Positions 10,560 through 23,853 of a DNA stretch of 64,000 nucleotides are shown one piece after another. The stretch is from Puccinia triticina. Lineage: Eukaryota. The translations under genes and the position numbers were made by a program. Each line of letters opens with the position of its first letter. Position 1 is the stretch's first letter. The stretch lies in contig CP110439.1 of assembly GCA_026914245.1 (NCBI GenBank), forward strand, positions 5,270,001-5,334,000, written 5' to 3'. The notes beneath the pieces are model-generated. The model did no database searches. It worked only from the letters and a program-made list of their open reading frames with translations, and was not told the DNA's origin.

Positions 10560-12699
10560 GTAGCAGCCCCATCTCCTGCGCTTTTGATTTTTGGGTTTTG
10601 TAAACTCATAATTTCATCCAGAAGAACCTCCAACAGTTTTCCAGGTCCAGGACAAGTCCCTGCAAGAAATTTGAATTTACCTGATGCAGCAGCCTCCAGT
10701 CTTTCCCCATTTTGATTGATGAGTTTTATGATTATCTTAATGCAGCTTGTTTAGTCTATGAGGTGGCAATCAATTGTAAGCTCACCGTAGAATTAAAAAA
10801 AAACCCTTTAGCACCAATTTCAAGGCCTTTAAGAACAACTTTTTAAAAATTGTAGGAGTTGTTCTGATTGCCAAGGAAAATCCAAATGTGGACAGCTCAA
10901 CAAATTTTTGTAAATTTGTTTATAAAGTCCTTAAAATGGGCTGTCTCTCACCAGCGCCTCTGCCCCAGCTCCGCTCACTGGTGAAGCCTCCTTCCAATTC
11001 CCCTTCTCTCACACTGCTATCCAGTCCATGCCACTGGTCTGCCACAGTCCAGCTCTTTCCCTCTGCTCTGGTCTAACCTCCTGCGGTCCGCAATCTGCAA
11101 GTCATCCCTCTCCGTGCTTTATGCATGCTTGTTAGTTGTGCTTTATGACATCATGCTCAGTGCTTATGTCTCCAAAGGCAAGGTGAGCTCAGCCGGGTGT
11201 TCCCATCCGCACTATCTTTGGGTGGCCATTCTGTAAAGCTTGCCTATATAAATTATCACAGAAGCCTCAGAAACAGTGAGGCTACAGTCTTTGTCAATCA
11301 GCAGGGGCTGGCTGCTGGCATATGTGTTTCACTGCTTAGAATAAAGAGTAGTCCAGTGGAGCAGTATATGTACAATAGGGGGATTCAAAGTAGGCCATGC
11401 ATGACTTGCATGTACTGTTGCAAGTTGGTTTTCAAGAATTTTCCTCAGCACCAACATTCAAAAAAACCTTCAAGCAGGTTTGGGGCGTGTAGTACAATGT
11501 GACGTTCATTCTTGAACACTGAGTTGCAAAAGTGCATGCAAGTCGGATCTGGCCAACTTTGAAACCCCCTAATCATAACATAGAAGGCCAGGAAATCCAT
11601 GGATTCACAAGCAATGCACCCTTGTGAATCCTTGTATGGATCCTGTTCTTGGCAGGCCATTTTTTTGAAATTTATCAAGAATATATTGATGGTGATGGAG
11701 AAATTCTGAGGAGACATTATTGTAGGGAAGATGCCAAAGGCTCAGAAAGCTGTGGCACATCCTTTTAGGGGGGCTGAGGGAAGAGCTATTAAAAATTTAA
11801 AAAAGCATACAGCCAAATGGTACTTTCTGCTCCCCTATGAAATTGGGGGATAATATGCAAGTCCCTTCCTGCTGGAGGTGGGGCTTTGCCACCAGCCACA
11901 GCAAGCCTCCCACTAGGAGGAATTGTGTTACATAAGTTAGGGCTAACCCCTGGTCAACAAACCTCAGGCTTGCTAAATTGAGCCTCAGGCTAGGGCATTT
12001 CTGACGTCAGCTAGCCTGAAGCTGACCCAAAAAATGTGTTTGCCCACCCAAGATAGCCTTGGACCTGGTCAGCTAATCAGCCCAAAAACCTGGGCTTACT
12101 TGAACTGAGAATTTCGCAAAAAAATGTGAATGCTCTAAAAAGTCAACCTTACCCAAATACTATAGAACTTAGCATGTGGGCGGCCCATGTCAAACTTACT
12201 GACTGGTGTATGTATGTACGTGCTTTTTTTAGGTATATATCCAACAATATTCAGCCAAAGCAGATCTGATAGAAAAAGCCCCCGGGCCCCCAATGGGAAT
12301 CCCGCGCCATTTAGTGACTTGAAAAGTTTGTACCATGGACCCCAATTTTCACAAATTTTTGTGGAATTTCAATTTCCCACTCCAAAATTGAAAATTAAAT
12401 GGTGTACCACATGTTGATCATTTGAGAATGACAAAAAATGAATTCTGCTTGGTTTGCAAACTTGACAGCAAACACAGTTTCCAACTCAAATCTCTGTATG
12501 CTCCTATGATAGAAAGGTTGTCTCCATGCTTCCATGACCTTTGAATTCCCAAACCCCCTCACCTCATCAACCAAAAACAACACCCCACACTTCCTCATCT
12601 GTCCTCCTCTGCAATAAACTCTGTCTTACTCTGAAATCAAAACTATGACCAACCCCAGTGCTAAACACCAACCCAAAGCAATGAAACTCCCACTCAAAG

Positions 12700-13660
12700 C
12701 CAACAAACAGTGAAAAGGACCTCATAATTTGACCTTTGACCAAAAGAAAAAGATGCTTGAACTTGTCCTGGACTATGCTTGGTGTGGACATGCCACCAAC
12801 AACACCAGCTTGAAGAAGGACACCTGGCCTCTGGTTGAAGCCGGCTTAAAAAAGGCCTGTTGAACCAACTTCAACATCCAACAGATCCAAAAACAAAAGG
12901 TGCAATTCAAAAAATATATCAAGACTTTAAATTACTCTGCAACCAGTCTGGTTTTGGTTGGGAAAAAGAAGGATCAACTCCAATGGCAGATCCAAGGACT
13001 TGGGATGAGCTATTTTCAGCTCATCCAAGACACAATTTTGATAGGCTCAAGGGAAAGTAATTACCTCTCTTCCATCTTTCCAAAGAAGTCTTCCTTGGAA
13101 CTGTTGCCTTGGGCAAGTTTGCAGATACCAGCGTCCCAGGATATCAAGAACCAGAGCTTCCTTCTTCCACTCCCAAATCATATCAGTTAAGCCAGAAGAA
13201 AGCATTGGCAACTGACCATGGAAGCTGATAAGGAGGAGGATTTTGGAGACTCACCTCAACCACAACCCAGCCAAACCTTCCCCAAAAGGGTCTGTAAGGG
13301 GAAGACCAATATCTTGAGTAATGGGATCACCGGGCTCATTTTGGCCATTGGAAAGGCTTTGGGGCATCCAAAGACCTTGTAGGAGCAATTGTATCTATTG
13401 CCTGTTATCAAAATTGTTCTTCTAGACCTGAAAATACCTTTAAAACTACCAACAAAACTTCATCTGAATGCACCCTTAAAAAACTTCAGGGAATGTTTGG
13501 AGACAACATCCCAGACAATGAGTTTGTCAACTACATCAATATTGTTGAAGATAAAGCCAAAACACTAAACTCCCTGAATTTGGTCCAAAAAACCTTGCCA
13601 AACAGAGTCCAAAAGTGGATTGGCAAGGAGGTTATTGCGCGAACAAAAGCTCTTCAAACA
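12700..13660 (+). pseudogene. PIF/Harbinger Myb/SANT-like DNA-binding protein remnant
   Basis: KLLCNQSGFGWEKE..ADPRTWDELFSAHP motif; multiple stops and frameshifts; limits approximate. Confidence 0.75.
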
Positions 13661-14569
13661 TAGCTTGAAGGTGACTTGCCAAGGAGCTTCTCACATGATG
13701 TTTCCCCCACTTGTCCTTTGGATGTACTACCCATCATTTTCTATTGCAATCAATTTGTTTTTTGTTTCCCCTCTTTAAGTTGTGTTTTATGCCCTCTCTC
13801 TCCCCCGTCAGTGATTCCATTTGCCTATCTCTTCTTCACTTCCCTCCACCATTGATGCACACAATTTGTATGCACTGTTTAATATTCATAGCATTCAGAG
13901 GACTCAAGCTCCTCAATGGCCAGTACAAACTGGTAAGATTACTTAACCTTGGGTGGATGCTCCAAGTGAGTGCATTGAAGATTGTAAGCAATAAAAATAT
14001 ACATTCAAGATTTTAACTGAGAAAAATGATTATGCAAGGTCATTGATACAAGTCAATATCATGTGAAGGAGGAAACTTTTTAAAGAGGAATTAGAAAATC
14101 TGAAAAAGAAACAACTACTACAGAAATACCATTCACTATGTTCCTCTCTAGAAGTGTAAGATACATATTTATCCCATAGTGTTTTAGCTATGCAGTGACA
14201 GCACTGCCTCATCATCATTTATGCATCATCTTGGGTGTTTGTGGTAAGAGTTGAAGTTCCCTCAGAGTGTCTATCTGTGATTTTGAATCTTGTGATACAG
14301 GTGGGAAGTTTGGAGAGTCATTGTTGTTGAGCATTGATTTATAGATTTCATGTTTGCAGATGAAATTCCAAATCATACATAGCCCATAAACTAGTTGAAC
14401 TTGCTTCTTGAGGTGGGCTTCTGGGTTTGAAGAGAGTATTTGGAACTTCCCTTTCATACATCCAAATATATGTTCAATGGTGTTAAAAATGGAGGCATGT
14501 CAGAGATTGTATAGCTCCTTTTAAGTACTTGGGTGTTGAGAAGCTGTAGCCTGATCCTTAAGGTGATAC

Positions 14570-15550
14570 TAAGGCTGTGCCCCGGGGTTCGGGACGGGGC
14601 ATGAGGGTCATCCCGAACCCCACACCCCAACTATGCCCCGGAATGCCCTGAAGCCCTGGGGCATGCCCATTTTTTTTCTAGCCACTGAAATGATGTTGTT
14701 ATTACATTTATGGTAAATGTAAACCTAATGTAATGATATCAGAGTTAACATGATGATATCCAAGTTGAGGGCTGTTGGCCGAGCCTGCTAGCAATCCAAA
14801 CCCAATGGCCCAAGCCTCTGGAGCAGGTCCCTTGAACTTCTTTGCAGCTGCTTTTTACCAACCACCCCCACCGATTGAGGGGATCAAAGCCAAGATCTCC
14901 CGCTACTTGAAGGGGGATTCCAAACCGCAGGGCAGCAAGATCCTTGCTTATTGGGCCAGTCAACAGAGGAATTATCCAATCCTGTCACAAATGGCACGAA
15001 AATTCCTTTCAATCCCGGCAACTAGCGCTGCTTCCGAGAGCGTGTTCTCCAAAGGCCGATGAATTGTCTCCTGGAAACAATCCACACTCCAACCAAGGAG
15101 CATCGAGCATCTCTTGTGTCTTAAGGAATGGTTCCAAGCCTTCAATGGCCCTTTCTAGGCTTCTGATTCCCTTTTCTTGTTATGTCTACACCCGTTTCCT
15201 TGGGGCTCTTGTCCGCGCGTGTGCCCTTTTCTGTCAGTGTCTAACTACTCGCTTGGCCTCTCATCTCATGTTCTTTTCCCTCAGGCTCCGCTCGGCCTCT
15301 CATTTTGTTTCCTTTTCCCCCAAGCTCTAACCAAAACAGTCCTGTACATACTTGATCATGGCCACTGGAATGACAAAAAAACATAAAAACCCAAAAAAAA
15401 GACATCATTCCCCAGGGAATCCTCCCTTTGCAAAAAAACCATCATATGACCCGGGGTTTTGGGGCATTCCTGGTGCCAATCCAGGATCCCGGACCCCGGG
15501 GCATGATCCCAAAGTCATGCCCCAAACCCCGCTTTCGGGGCACAGCCTTA
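14570..15550 (+). mobile_element. Non-autonomous hAT retaining the dimerisation-domain fragment
   Basis: TIR TAAGGCTGTGCCCCG; 8-bp TSD GGTGATAC; ORF 14775-15062 with ILAYW...YPILSQMARKFLSIPATSAASESVFS. Confidence 0.92.
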
Positions 15551-16454
15551 GGTGATACTGCATATTGGACACCCCAAAATGGAGTCATCAAGCCTGGCTG
15601 CAGACCTTAACCAGAATTGGAGAGAATATACTTGTTATTTAGAAGGGAGCTGGAGCCCTTTAGAAAAGGTTTCCATCTACACTTGAGTGTTGTGAACGCT
15701 CCCCTCCCATCTGGCGAGGACAAAGATGAATTCAAAGCAAAAATTAACAGCAGCAAGGAAATTCTGAGCAAGGTAACCTTTACAAAATCTTCATGCCTCC
15801 TGATTGTTCATGGGTACATGTGAATTTATTAGAACTCCATCCACCACACCAATAGCATTCTTGAATACAGCAAACTTGGGGTTATCTTGGATATTGGAAG
15901 GTTGGTGTGAGCCTGTGTATCTAATGTGAAAACAGGACACAAGGAATTTGGATGGGCACTGATTGAATTTCTTGGGATAAAGAAATAAAAGCATAAAGAT
16001 AGGGAGAAGAGAGAAAAGTTCTTTGATCTAGATGGACCTGGGCCAAGCTGTACCTGGAAAAGTAGGCTGCCAACTGTGCTGAAGAAGTGCAACAGTCTCC
16101 ACTCACACCAAGGAAATGGTGGTGGGAATCAGAAGTAGGGTTACTACTAGGGATGTAAACGGGTCGGGTTCGGGTCGGAAAATGGTGCCCAAACCCGACC
16201 CGACGTGAGCACCGGGTTGGGTCGGGTCGGGACAAAACTGCAAATGTACTGCCCAAACCCAAACCCATTAATGGAGAGTCGGGTCCGGGTCGGGTCTTGG
16301 GCCAACCCGACTTTTTTGCTGACCCAATCTCACAAATGAGAATTAGACTGTAAATTTTCATAGAGAAAGAAAAACAATAGACTAGTATTGTGTATAGTAG
16401 CTGGGTTTATTTTTGTAGAATTTAAAGAGATGAAATCAAGGAAGTATTTAGTTA

Positions 16455-19400
16455 TTAATCAATTTCCTCCACCTTGGTATCAGGGTCAGGGTATAGACCC
16501 TCCTTGCAGCGGATCCAATCTTGCGCACAAATGAGGGCCTTGAGTGTTTCTGGCTTCAACCTGGTTCGATAGTCACAGAGTACTCTCCCGCCAGTTGAGA
16601 ATGCAGACTCGGAAGCAATTGATGTCATTGGGACCATTAATAACGATCTAGCAAGCTTGGCAAGATTCGGAAATCTTCCAGAGTGGGTGCTCCACCAGGC
16701 AAGAATCGAGAAATTCCGAGAATCATTCACAACCGGGGGTTCTTGAAGGTAGAGGTCAAGCTTGGCGGTTGTTGATACCACTTCGGCGGAGTGCATTGCA
16801 GAAACATATTTTTTGAAACGCAAGTCAACATTGTTGTCATCTTGAGTCAAAGTTAGCTTATCAACTCGGGCTTGATTCGTATCTGCGGATTGTCCATCCC
16901 CATGTGGCTTTGTTTTCTTTGATAAGATTTCGCTAAACCAGGTAAAGAGGGTCTTTTTGATAGAATTGATACTACTTTCTGCTTCATCGGTACCAAGCTT
17001 GTCTGTCAGCCTTAGAGTCATCACAGCTGACCTAAAAGCTGCCTGTTCTACCTTTGTTACATATGAAATACCTTATATCTTTTTCATCTTAAGAGATAAC
17101 CTTGTTTTGACTTCATATTCTGTTTCCTCATGCAATTTTAACCCTAGTTACAACTTATCAATTCCTTGTAAATATACTCCTTCCCTGAGTTATTGAGTTG
17201 TGGCGCGCATGCGCAGTTGTGACGTGTCAGCGCTACCAGGCGCGCCAAACCACATGTACATATGTAAATTACATAAGCAAACTGTGAAAATTTTTGTAGT
17301 CAGGATCCCCCTTGCCTGAGGCGTATCTATAGACTTCAGCACACCAGAACCACCACCCAGATAGCCCCAGGATCACCACCAAAGAGCTTACAACACTCCC
17401 AGTATACCTACCGTCACAGGCGCCTAGGATATTGACAGTAAGTAACCTCTTTCACTGAACCTTGTTTATCTCAGAGGTACAACTCTGTGTCTTGCTTGAT
17501 TCTGCTCTTTCTTTTGGTTTTGCCGCCTTCTTGATCACAGGGCTGTCCCTCCAAATCTACAGGCCTTTGCCTCAATCTTGATCACAGGGCTGTCCCTCAT
17601 TATCAGTTGGCCTTTGCCTCAAATCCAGGTTTCAGGGCTGTCCCTCAGGTTTCCCTTTAAGAACCTTGACTATCCAGAAGGAAGCTAAAAAATTGTGGCT
17701 GGATTAAACTTATCTAATCCAGATACCCTCCTGAGAGGAAGCTGTAGCTCTTTCTAGCACAGATTAGCAGCACTCTTCTGAAGAGTAGCATTGCCAGTGG
17801 ACGTGCATTCCCACTAGAATAACCTAGTACTTCTCTTTATCCTGTTCCTGCTCAGTTTCTTTCTCTCTTTCTCTCTTTCTCTTATAGTTGTATTTTCTTT
17901 ATCCCAAGAAATCCAACTATTGCCCCCCCCATTTCTTGTGTCCTGCTGTCACTATAGAGACTCAGGCTCACATCGTCAGCAAGAAGGAATTCTATCATAG
18001 CCAGTTTACAGCGGGGATCAAAAACAAGGTTGATTGCGGCAAAATCCTTCATTTTTTCCCAGTACTTGTCAAATTTCTCTCTCATCGGATTGATTAGGTC
18101 AATAAGGTCTGCTTGGCCGTTGTTCAAACTTGATTTGAGCTGCGCATCAATCTTTTTCATGTATTTATAAACAGCAGGAGCCGTTGGATATTTGGTCATA
18201 GCAAGTTTATTTGTGGCTACATAGTGGGTAGTAAAACAGAAGGACCTTTTAGAATATGATTTGGAAAGTCATTGAAATAAAATCTAACTGGAAAATAATC
18301 CTCACCAGAATTAAATATGGCCAAAAAGTCCTTCATAGTCAATATTTCCTGCCACTTGGTGGGGGTCGGGCAGTCGGTGAAGTTGGCATCTTGCAAGGCC
18401 AAGGTATCGAATGCATCTTTGTAAGGAATAGCTGACTTCAACATCAGATAAGTCAAGTTCCAGCGGGTCAGAACATCGAGCGAGGGGAGGGCTTGTACTC
18501 CTTCTATGCTAGCTAGCTCGATGGCCTCCCTGAAGAGCTGCTTGCAAGAAGGAGTACTTCTAGCATATTGAACGGCATCCCAAATCTTGTTGATGGAATA
18601 GGAGACATGCTTGAGGCCGTCCTTCACAATCAGATTGATTACATGAGCAGCACAACGGACATGGAAAAATTGTTCATTCATATCGGGTGGATCACTGCTT
18701 CGATCTTTCAGAACAGAGCAGACTCGAGCTAGGCCGACATCATTTGCAAGCGCATTGTCCACGGTTATAAAGCCAACCTTATTGTATATCTTCCATTTGG
18801 CGATAGTGGTAAGCAACTGTTCAGCAATGGCTAGACCAGTATGAGGAGTCAGAACATGCTTAAATGAAAGTATTCTTTTGTTGAGGTTCCAGTTGGAGTC
18901 AATGAAATGAGAAGTGATCACCATGAAAGGTGTCTGGTTGGATGATGTCCAGACATCAGTCGTCAAGGCCATACGATCAACGTCTTTAATATCAATCATG
19001 AGTTAGGTTTTCATTGAATTATACAGATTGATGATCTCGGTTTTGACGGTACCACGGCTAAGGAGTTTGAATCTTGGTTGCAACGAGTTCACAAATGCTT
19101 GGAAGAGGGGCTGCTTGACTACAGTGAAAGGATGTTCATGCGCAATAATCATTTGCATGAATATTTCTCAAGATTTCTCCGGGGAAAAGTTCCAAGTTGA
19201 TGACAACAACAACCCGTCCGCAAGTTTCAGCAAAGATTGCTTGCTTGATGTCGCAAAGGAGCTACATCGCTCTAGGTGGCGCCAAAGGTGTTTGGTTCCG
19301 TTCGAGCTTTTCCCATCCAACTGAGCTTGACAATAAACACAGGCTGCCTTCACGCCATTTGCTGGGGTAATAATAATTCAATGAAATCAGTAATATATTC

Positions 19401-19681
19401 CAGGAGACCAGGCCAAAAAAAAAAAAAACAGAAAAATTTAACAGACCCTGCACCTTCTTCTGGAAATGGGCCCAGATATCACTGGTGGCCTTGCGCTTCT
19501 TCTTGGCTTGATCGGAATCGGTAGTGAGATCAAGAACTTGATTTTCCGTTGGGGTTTTCTGGGATTCTGCTGGAGTAGCTACTTCTTTCTGACTGATGGG
19601 GGCAGATTCAGCCACTTCGATATCGGCAGCTTCTGAGGATGCCAATGATTGAACGATTCTGTTTCTTTTCGAGCGCGCCAT
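16455..19681 (-). pseudogene. hAT transposase (BED finger, DDE core, dimerisation domain)
   Basis: SDIWAHF, CVYC...GTKHLWRHLERC, LTTDVWT, HVRCAAHVINLIVK, TRWN, SIASESAFS; in-frame stop near 19004 and an LTR insertion. Confidence 0.92.
17004..17972. mobile_element. Solo LTR (family copy 3, inverted) inside the hAT transposase
   Basis: TGTCAGCC...GGCTCACA; TSD TTGTC/TCGTC with one mismatch. Confidence 0.9.
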
Positions 19682-20447
19682 TGGTGGTTGAGAAGGTACT
19701 TGGTGGTGGGACTGATCTTTAGTCCCACCCAAAGCGTGGTTAGTCGGGTCGCAATTGGGTTCATGGGCCAACCCAAATGGGAAAAACCCTGCCCAAGCCC
19801 GACCCGACAATCTAATTGGGTCTCAATGGGTCGGGTTGGATTTTCTAACAGAGGCCTGAAGGCTGCCCAAACCCAACCCAAAACCCATCGGGTCTTGGGT
19901 CTTTGCGGGTCGACCCAACCCATTTACATCCCTAGTTACTACTCTTTGATCTTGGAGAGTTGAAGAGAAAAGAGAAACAGGGAGAGAGAATTCAAGAGCA
20001 ACAGAGTTCACTCTGAGATAAACAAGATCAGTTTAAGAGGTTACTTACTGTCCATATCCTGTGGTGAGACTGGGAGTGAAGTGGCCTCTGTAAGGAGATC
20101 CTAGGTTGTCTCTGGTGGTGGTTCCAATGTGCTGAAGTCTGTGGATCCTCCTGATGCATGGGAGATCCTGAATTTGAAAGTTGTCACAGTTTTCTTATTT
20201 AATTACATATTTACAAGTGGTTGGCACACCTGATAGCGCTTACATGTCACTGCTGCGCATGTGCACCACAATTCAAGAACTCTATGAAGGAGTAGATTTA
20301 AAGAGAAATGGTAAGTTGTAACTAGGGTTACAATTGCATGAGGAAACAGAATCTGAAGTCAAAACAAGGATAACTATTAAGATGAAAAATATATGATGTA
20401 ATTTAGATGTAAGAAAGTAGGACAGGCAGACTTTAGTCAAGCTAATT

Positions 20448-20765
20448 CAAGAGCGCATATATTACGCTAATTACATTAGCACCGCTAGAAATTAAATATA
20501 GCTGAGAGCCACTAAACTTCCAGGCTGTTAGCTTTAGCTGTAATATTGACCCGCTAAGCTCTGCTAACGCTAAATTACAGCTAATTAGCGGGCCGCTACA
20601 GCTAATTAGCTGTAATTTGTAGCTAAACATGCACTTTTCCCCAAACATTTTGTAGCTGTAATTGTAGCTGATTATAAGCTACATTGTAATACTAGCCTAG
20701 TGGCCACAAGAAACCACTAATTACAAAACCGCTACGCTAAGTGCAGTGTAATATGTGCGGTCTTG
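20448..20765. mobile_element. MITE rich in GCTAATTA/TAGC motifs
   Basis: TIR CAAGAGCGCATATATTAC and GTAATATGTGCGGTCTTG; absent from the other LTR copies; TSD unclear. Confidence 0.7.
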
Positions 20766-21949
20766 CAGCTATGCTGGCTCTAAGGCTGACAGTTGGGCTG
20801 TTGTGTGAGAATTTGGCTGGACGTATTTGGGGTACATTTTTACAAGTGCCTCTAAAGCCAGCTCAAAATAACTGTTCATATTTGCAAGGAGGTGGCTTAT
20901 TCAAATCATCAAGGAGTGGGGGAGATAGTGAAGATCAAACATGCCAGTTGATAGTGTACAACCCTTGATGGAACTTGAGGGCAGTTTCACGCATTGAGGT
21001 GTCTTAGCGGACTGTGTTCACAAAGATCAACACTGGCTCTTCCACTGTACAGGATCTACCATCTGCAAGTCCCTCAGATCCAAAGCTTGGTGATAAGTGC
21101 ATCAAAGGTTGGTTGTTTCATTGATGTTACTTTGTAAAATAATTTGTCTCTGGCAAAAATTAATAAGAAGTTGGTTGCTTTTCCACCATCTCCATAGTAT
21201 GCTTGACCATGGTTTTGCAAGTAGAATAATGGCTATGATGGTTGCAATGATGGCAGTGAACAACTGTGGGTCCATCACAAGCAAGATTGGAGTTAGCTTT
21301 GGAATAGTTGTGTACACTGTAAGAGGACCAAAATGGAATCAATTCAGAATAGGTAGAGGATAGCAATCCTTTGAGATATAGACCGGGAATATAGGTGCAA
21401 TTTGATGGCTGGTGCAAGATGGAGGAGTAGATGTGATGGTGTTGAGACTTGTGAAAGGCTGATTGAACATGTTATGGAGGGTTTGTATATGCGCTTTATG
21501 GACGTGAGGTGAGCAAAATTAGTTTCACAGAAAGCCAAGGCTGACTTTGCGCCATGGTACATCATTTTGGGTGATGAATTTCAAGTGTGTGAATTTCATT
21601 TTTTGATGAAAATGAAATTGGGCTTAAAGTTGAAATTTGGAAATTCTGGCTTTGGTACAGGCCCTTACATAATGGAAGACTTCCCATAGGATCTACGCCC
21701 CCCGTACAGACTAAGATTTCACAGATCTAAACCTCACTTGCTGGTGAAAAGTGATTGAGATCAAGTTCTCACCAGCCGGTAAGGTTTAACCTGGCCTGAC
21801 AGATCTGGCTTTTTAGTCCACGGGAAGTCATCCAATATTCTTGCTGTCCGGGCTCGGCTGCCAAACGGGGAGTGCACCGGGGGGTCTGGGTTAGGGGGGC
21901 AGTCCGAAACACAGGTTGAAATCAGGAATACTCCACTTCCGATGCAAGG

Positions 21950-22676
21950 ATGGAGGAAGTTGAGAGACTCTTCCCGACTGGCTCACTCTCAGTAATCGCA
22001 CCCCATCCAACAAAGACACCAGCAGAAGCAGACCCGACTCCGAATCCGACTAGTGGCGGGTCCAACAATGGGAATACTGGAGGTGCGGGGCCGATCAAAG
22101 ACACGGAGGTGGACCAATTCAACCCCCAGCACTTACTCCTCCCGCTCTCGAATATATCGAAACTCATGAAAGCATCGGTCCCGCTAGACTCTAAGATCTC
22201 CAACCCTTCCAAAATCCTGATTCAGGCGTGTGTCTCCGAGTTCATTAGCTTCCTTAGCTCGGACGCTAACGAACAAGTCTTGGCTGAGAAACGAAGAACT
22301 CTCAACGGCGTCGACTTAATATGTGCCGTCAAACGATTAGGCTTTGAAGGCTATTACGAGGCCCTAGAGATCTACCTTGCCAAATACAGAACTGGTCTGT
22401 CCGTCCACCTCTCTTTTCAACAACTCCCCAAGCTCCCTCTCCTTTTTTGTGATGGAGGCTGAGATGACGATCGGCTTTGTTTTCATATCAGTCGCAAATG
22501 AGGCCGGGAAAAGACACAGAAGACCCCGAGCTGACGACGATCAAGAAACCGAGGAGGGCGCGAGACCTCTTAAACGTGTCAAGCTTGGTGCCGTCGCTGA
22601 TCAAACAACGCAACCGCAGGAAATCGGAGAGGATCTGGAGGAAGACCAAGACGGTGAAGATGCAAACCAAACCTGA
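21950..22676 (+). CDS. NF-YB/HAP3-like histone-fold transcription factor, ~209 aa (exons 21950-22394 and 22492-22676)
   Basis: LPLSNISKLMK...CVSEFISF...EKRRTLNG...LGFEGYYEALEIYLAKYR; phase-1 GT-AG intron joins the two ORFs; basic KRHRRPR then acidic tail. Confidence 0.9.
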
Positions 22677-23853
22677 AAAAACTACAACGCTTTCGGCAAT
22701 CATCTACAAGCATCCTGCTCATCTTTCTTGATCAGAAACTCAATTATCATCTTTCTCTACCCTCCGGCACGCCTCCTCTCCACGGACGAGGCCAGAGATA
22801 TCCCCACGTATTGCAGATATCTGCGCAGAGGTGGGGGTCAGGGGCTTAGTGGAAATATGTGTGAATGGTGGTGTTTGACAAACAAAATGTCAAAAAAGCT
22901 AGAGCAAGATAGAACACTTTCTGGGGCCGCTGAATTTTCAAAAAATGAATAAAACCTTGACCAAAATCTTAAGCCCCTCCGTCCTATATTCAACCTGTAT
23001 TCTGGGAAATACCTGGTAACTTTTATTTCCAAATTTATGGTCACTTTGTGAGGACGCGGGCGCTGGTCATCTAGGCTATTATTCTCACAAATTTAGATGC
23101 TTGGTTTTTCTGAGCAATCATCATAACTGTTTCATATATCAAGTTTTCATATGCAGCAGGTCAAATTTGGCCCCAAAACATTCATGAATTTCTAAACATG
23201 CTCTTCCATCCCTTATACATACTATGTAGGAATTGGGAAGAGTACTTGACAGGTATTTGTCAAAGGGGGCAAGGTGGTACGAGGGCAGATCCCGCAGCAG
23301 TTCCGGTATGTACCAATGTTGGGGTCTGAGCTTCAATGACATAGTTCCAGAAGAGAGAATAGGGTACAAGGATCTCTTCCTGGCTAGGTTGTAGGGCTTG
23401 GGAGTGAGAACTATGTATCTCCTGGGCAAATCTGGGATTATGTAATCCTGTAGCTGATGAAGCTCCACAGTAGCTGGGGCTTCACACAGCACCTCCTGCC
23501 AAGAATACCAGCAGCAGCTTTTCTTCTTGCTGTTAACTGGTCCCACAATCATAGCCTTGGGTTTCAGTTGTTTAAATTTTATTACTGCAGCAGTTTTACA
23601 ACTTACTGGTGGGTGCCCATAAGTATTTCCTGAGAAAGTTTCATTGTGAAACTTACTACTATTTATCCTACATTGCTTTATACATATAACCACTCAGGGC
23701 AGTCATCTTGATTTGGGGGGAGTGTGGGTAGTTTTTTGATCTCTTACACTAGTTGGAAATAAATACTGCAAGAAACAACTTATCATCTCCAATTTGATTT
23801 CATTGGATGCTTACTACCACCCATCAATATCATTAGCATTGTAGGTTGCAGAT

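Larger units (their letters stand above)
7282..10750 (+). pseudogene. Multi-exon hypothetical gene, probably damaged; 3' end approximate
   Basis: ATG at 7282 (MFSKRQRLIILCCFQAARYIA), plausible GT-AG introns, protein-like exons at about 8040-8270 and 8344-8880; an internal 155-bp duplication and a missing donor near 7983 suggest damage. Confidence 0.45.
16148..19934 (-). mobile_element. hAT DNA transposon (defective)
   Basis: TIR TAGGGATGTAAA; 8-bp TSD GTTACTAC; subterminal ACCCGA/TCGGGT repeats. Confidence 0.95.
15906..20791. mobile_element. Solo LTR (family copy 2), split by hAT and a MITE
   Basis: TGTGAGCC...GGCTGACA; TSD GTTGG at 15901-15905 and 20792-20796. Confidence 0.9.
14150..21275 (-). 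pseudogene. PIF/Harbinger DDE transposase remnant, interrupted
   Basis: PKFAVFKNAIGVVDG at about 15830-15890; QYHLKDQ restored across the mini-hAT TSD; KGKFQIL...LCMIWNFI at about 14360-14457. Confidence 0.75.
12324..21664. mobile_element. Degenerate PIF/Harbinger transposon hosting nested insertions; left end uncertain
   Basis: Convergent Myb/SANT-like and DDE remnants; right end TGGTACAGGCCC followed by TTA; left end matches only TGTACCA. Confidence 0.65.

Noticed and set aside
10760..12320. Short ORFs and weak inverted repeats
   Set aside because: Too decayed to classify; probably old TE debris
21673..21834. Possible small MITE (TGGAAGACTTCCC...GGGAAGTCATCCA)
   Set aside because: Imperfect short TIR and no clear TSD
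23139..23693. 184-aa minus-strand ORF
   Set aside because: Non-ATG start, CpG-eroded repeat-like DNA, no motif
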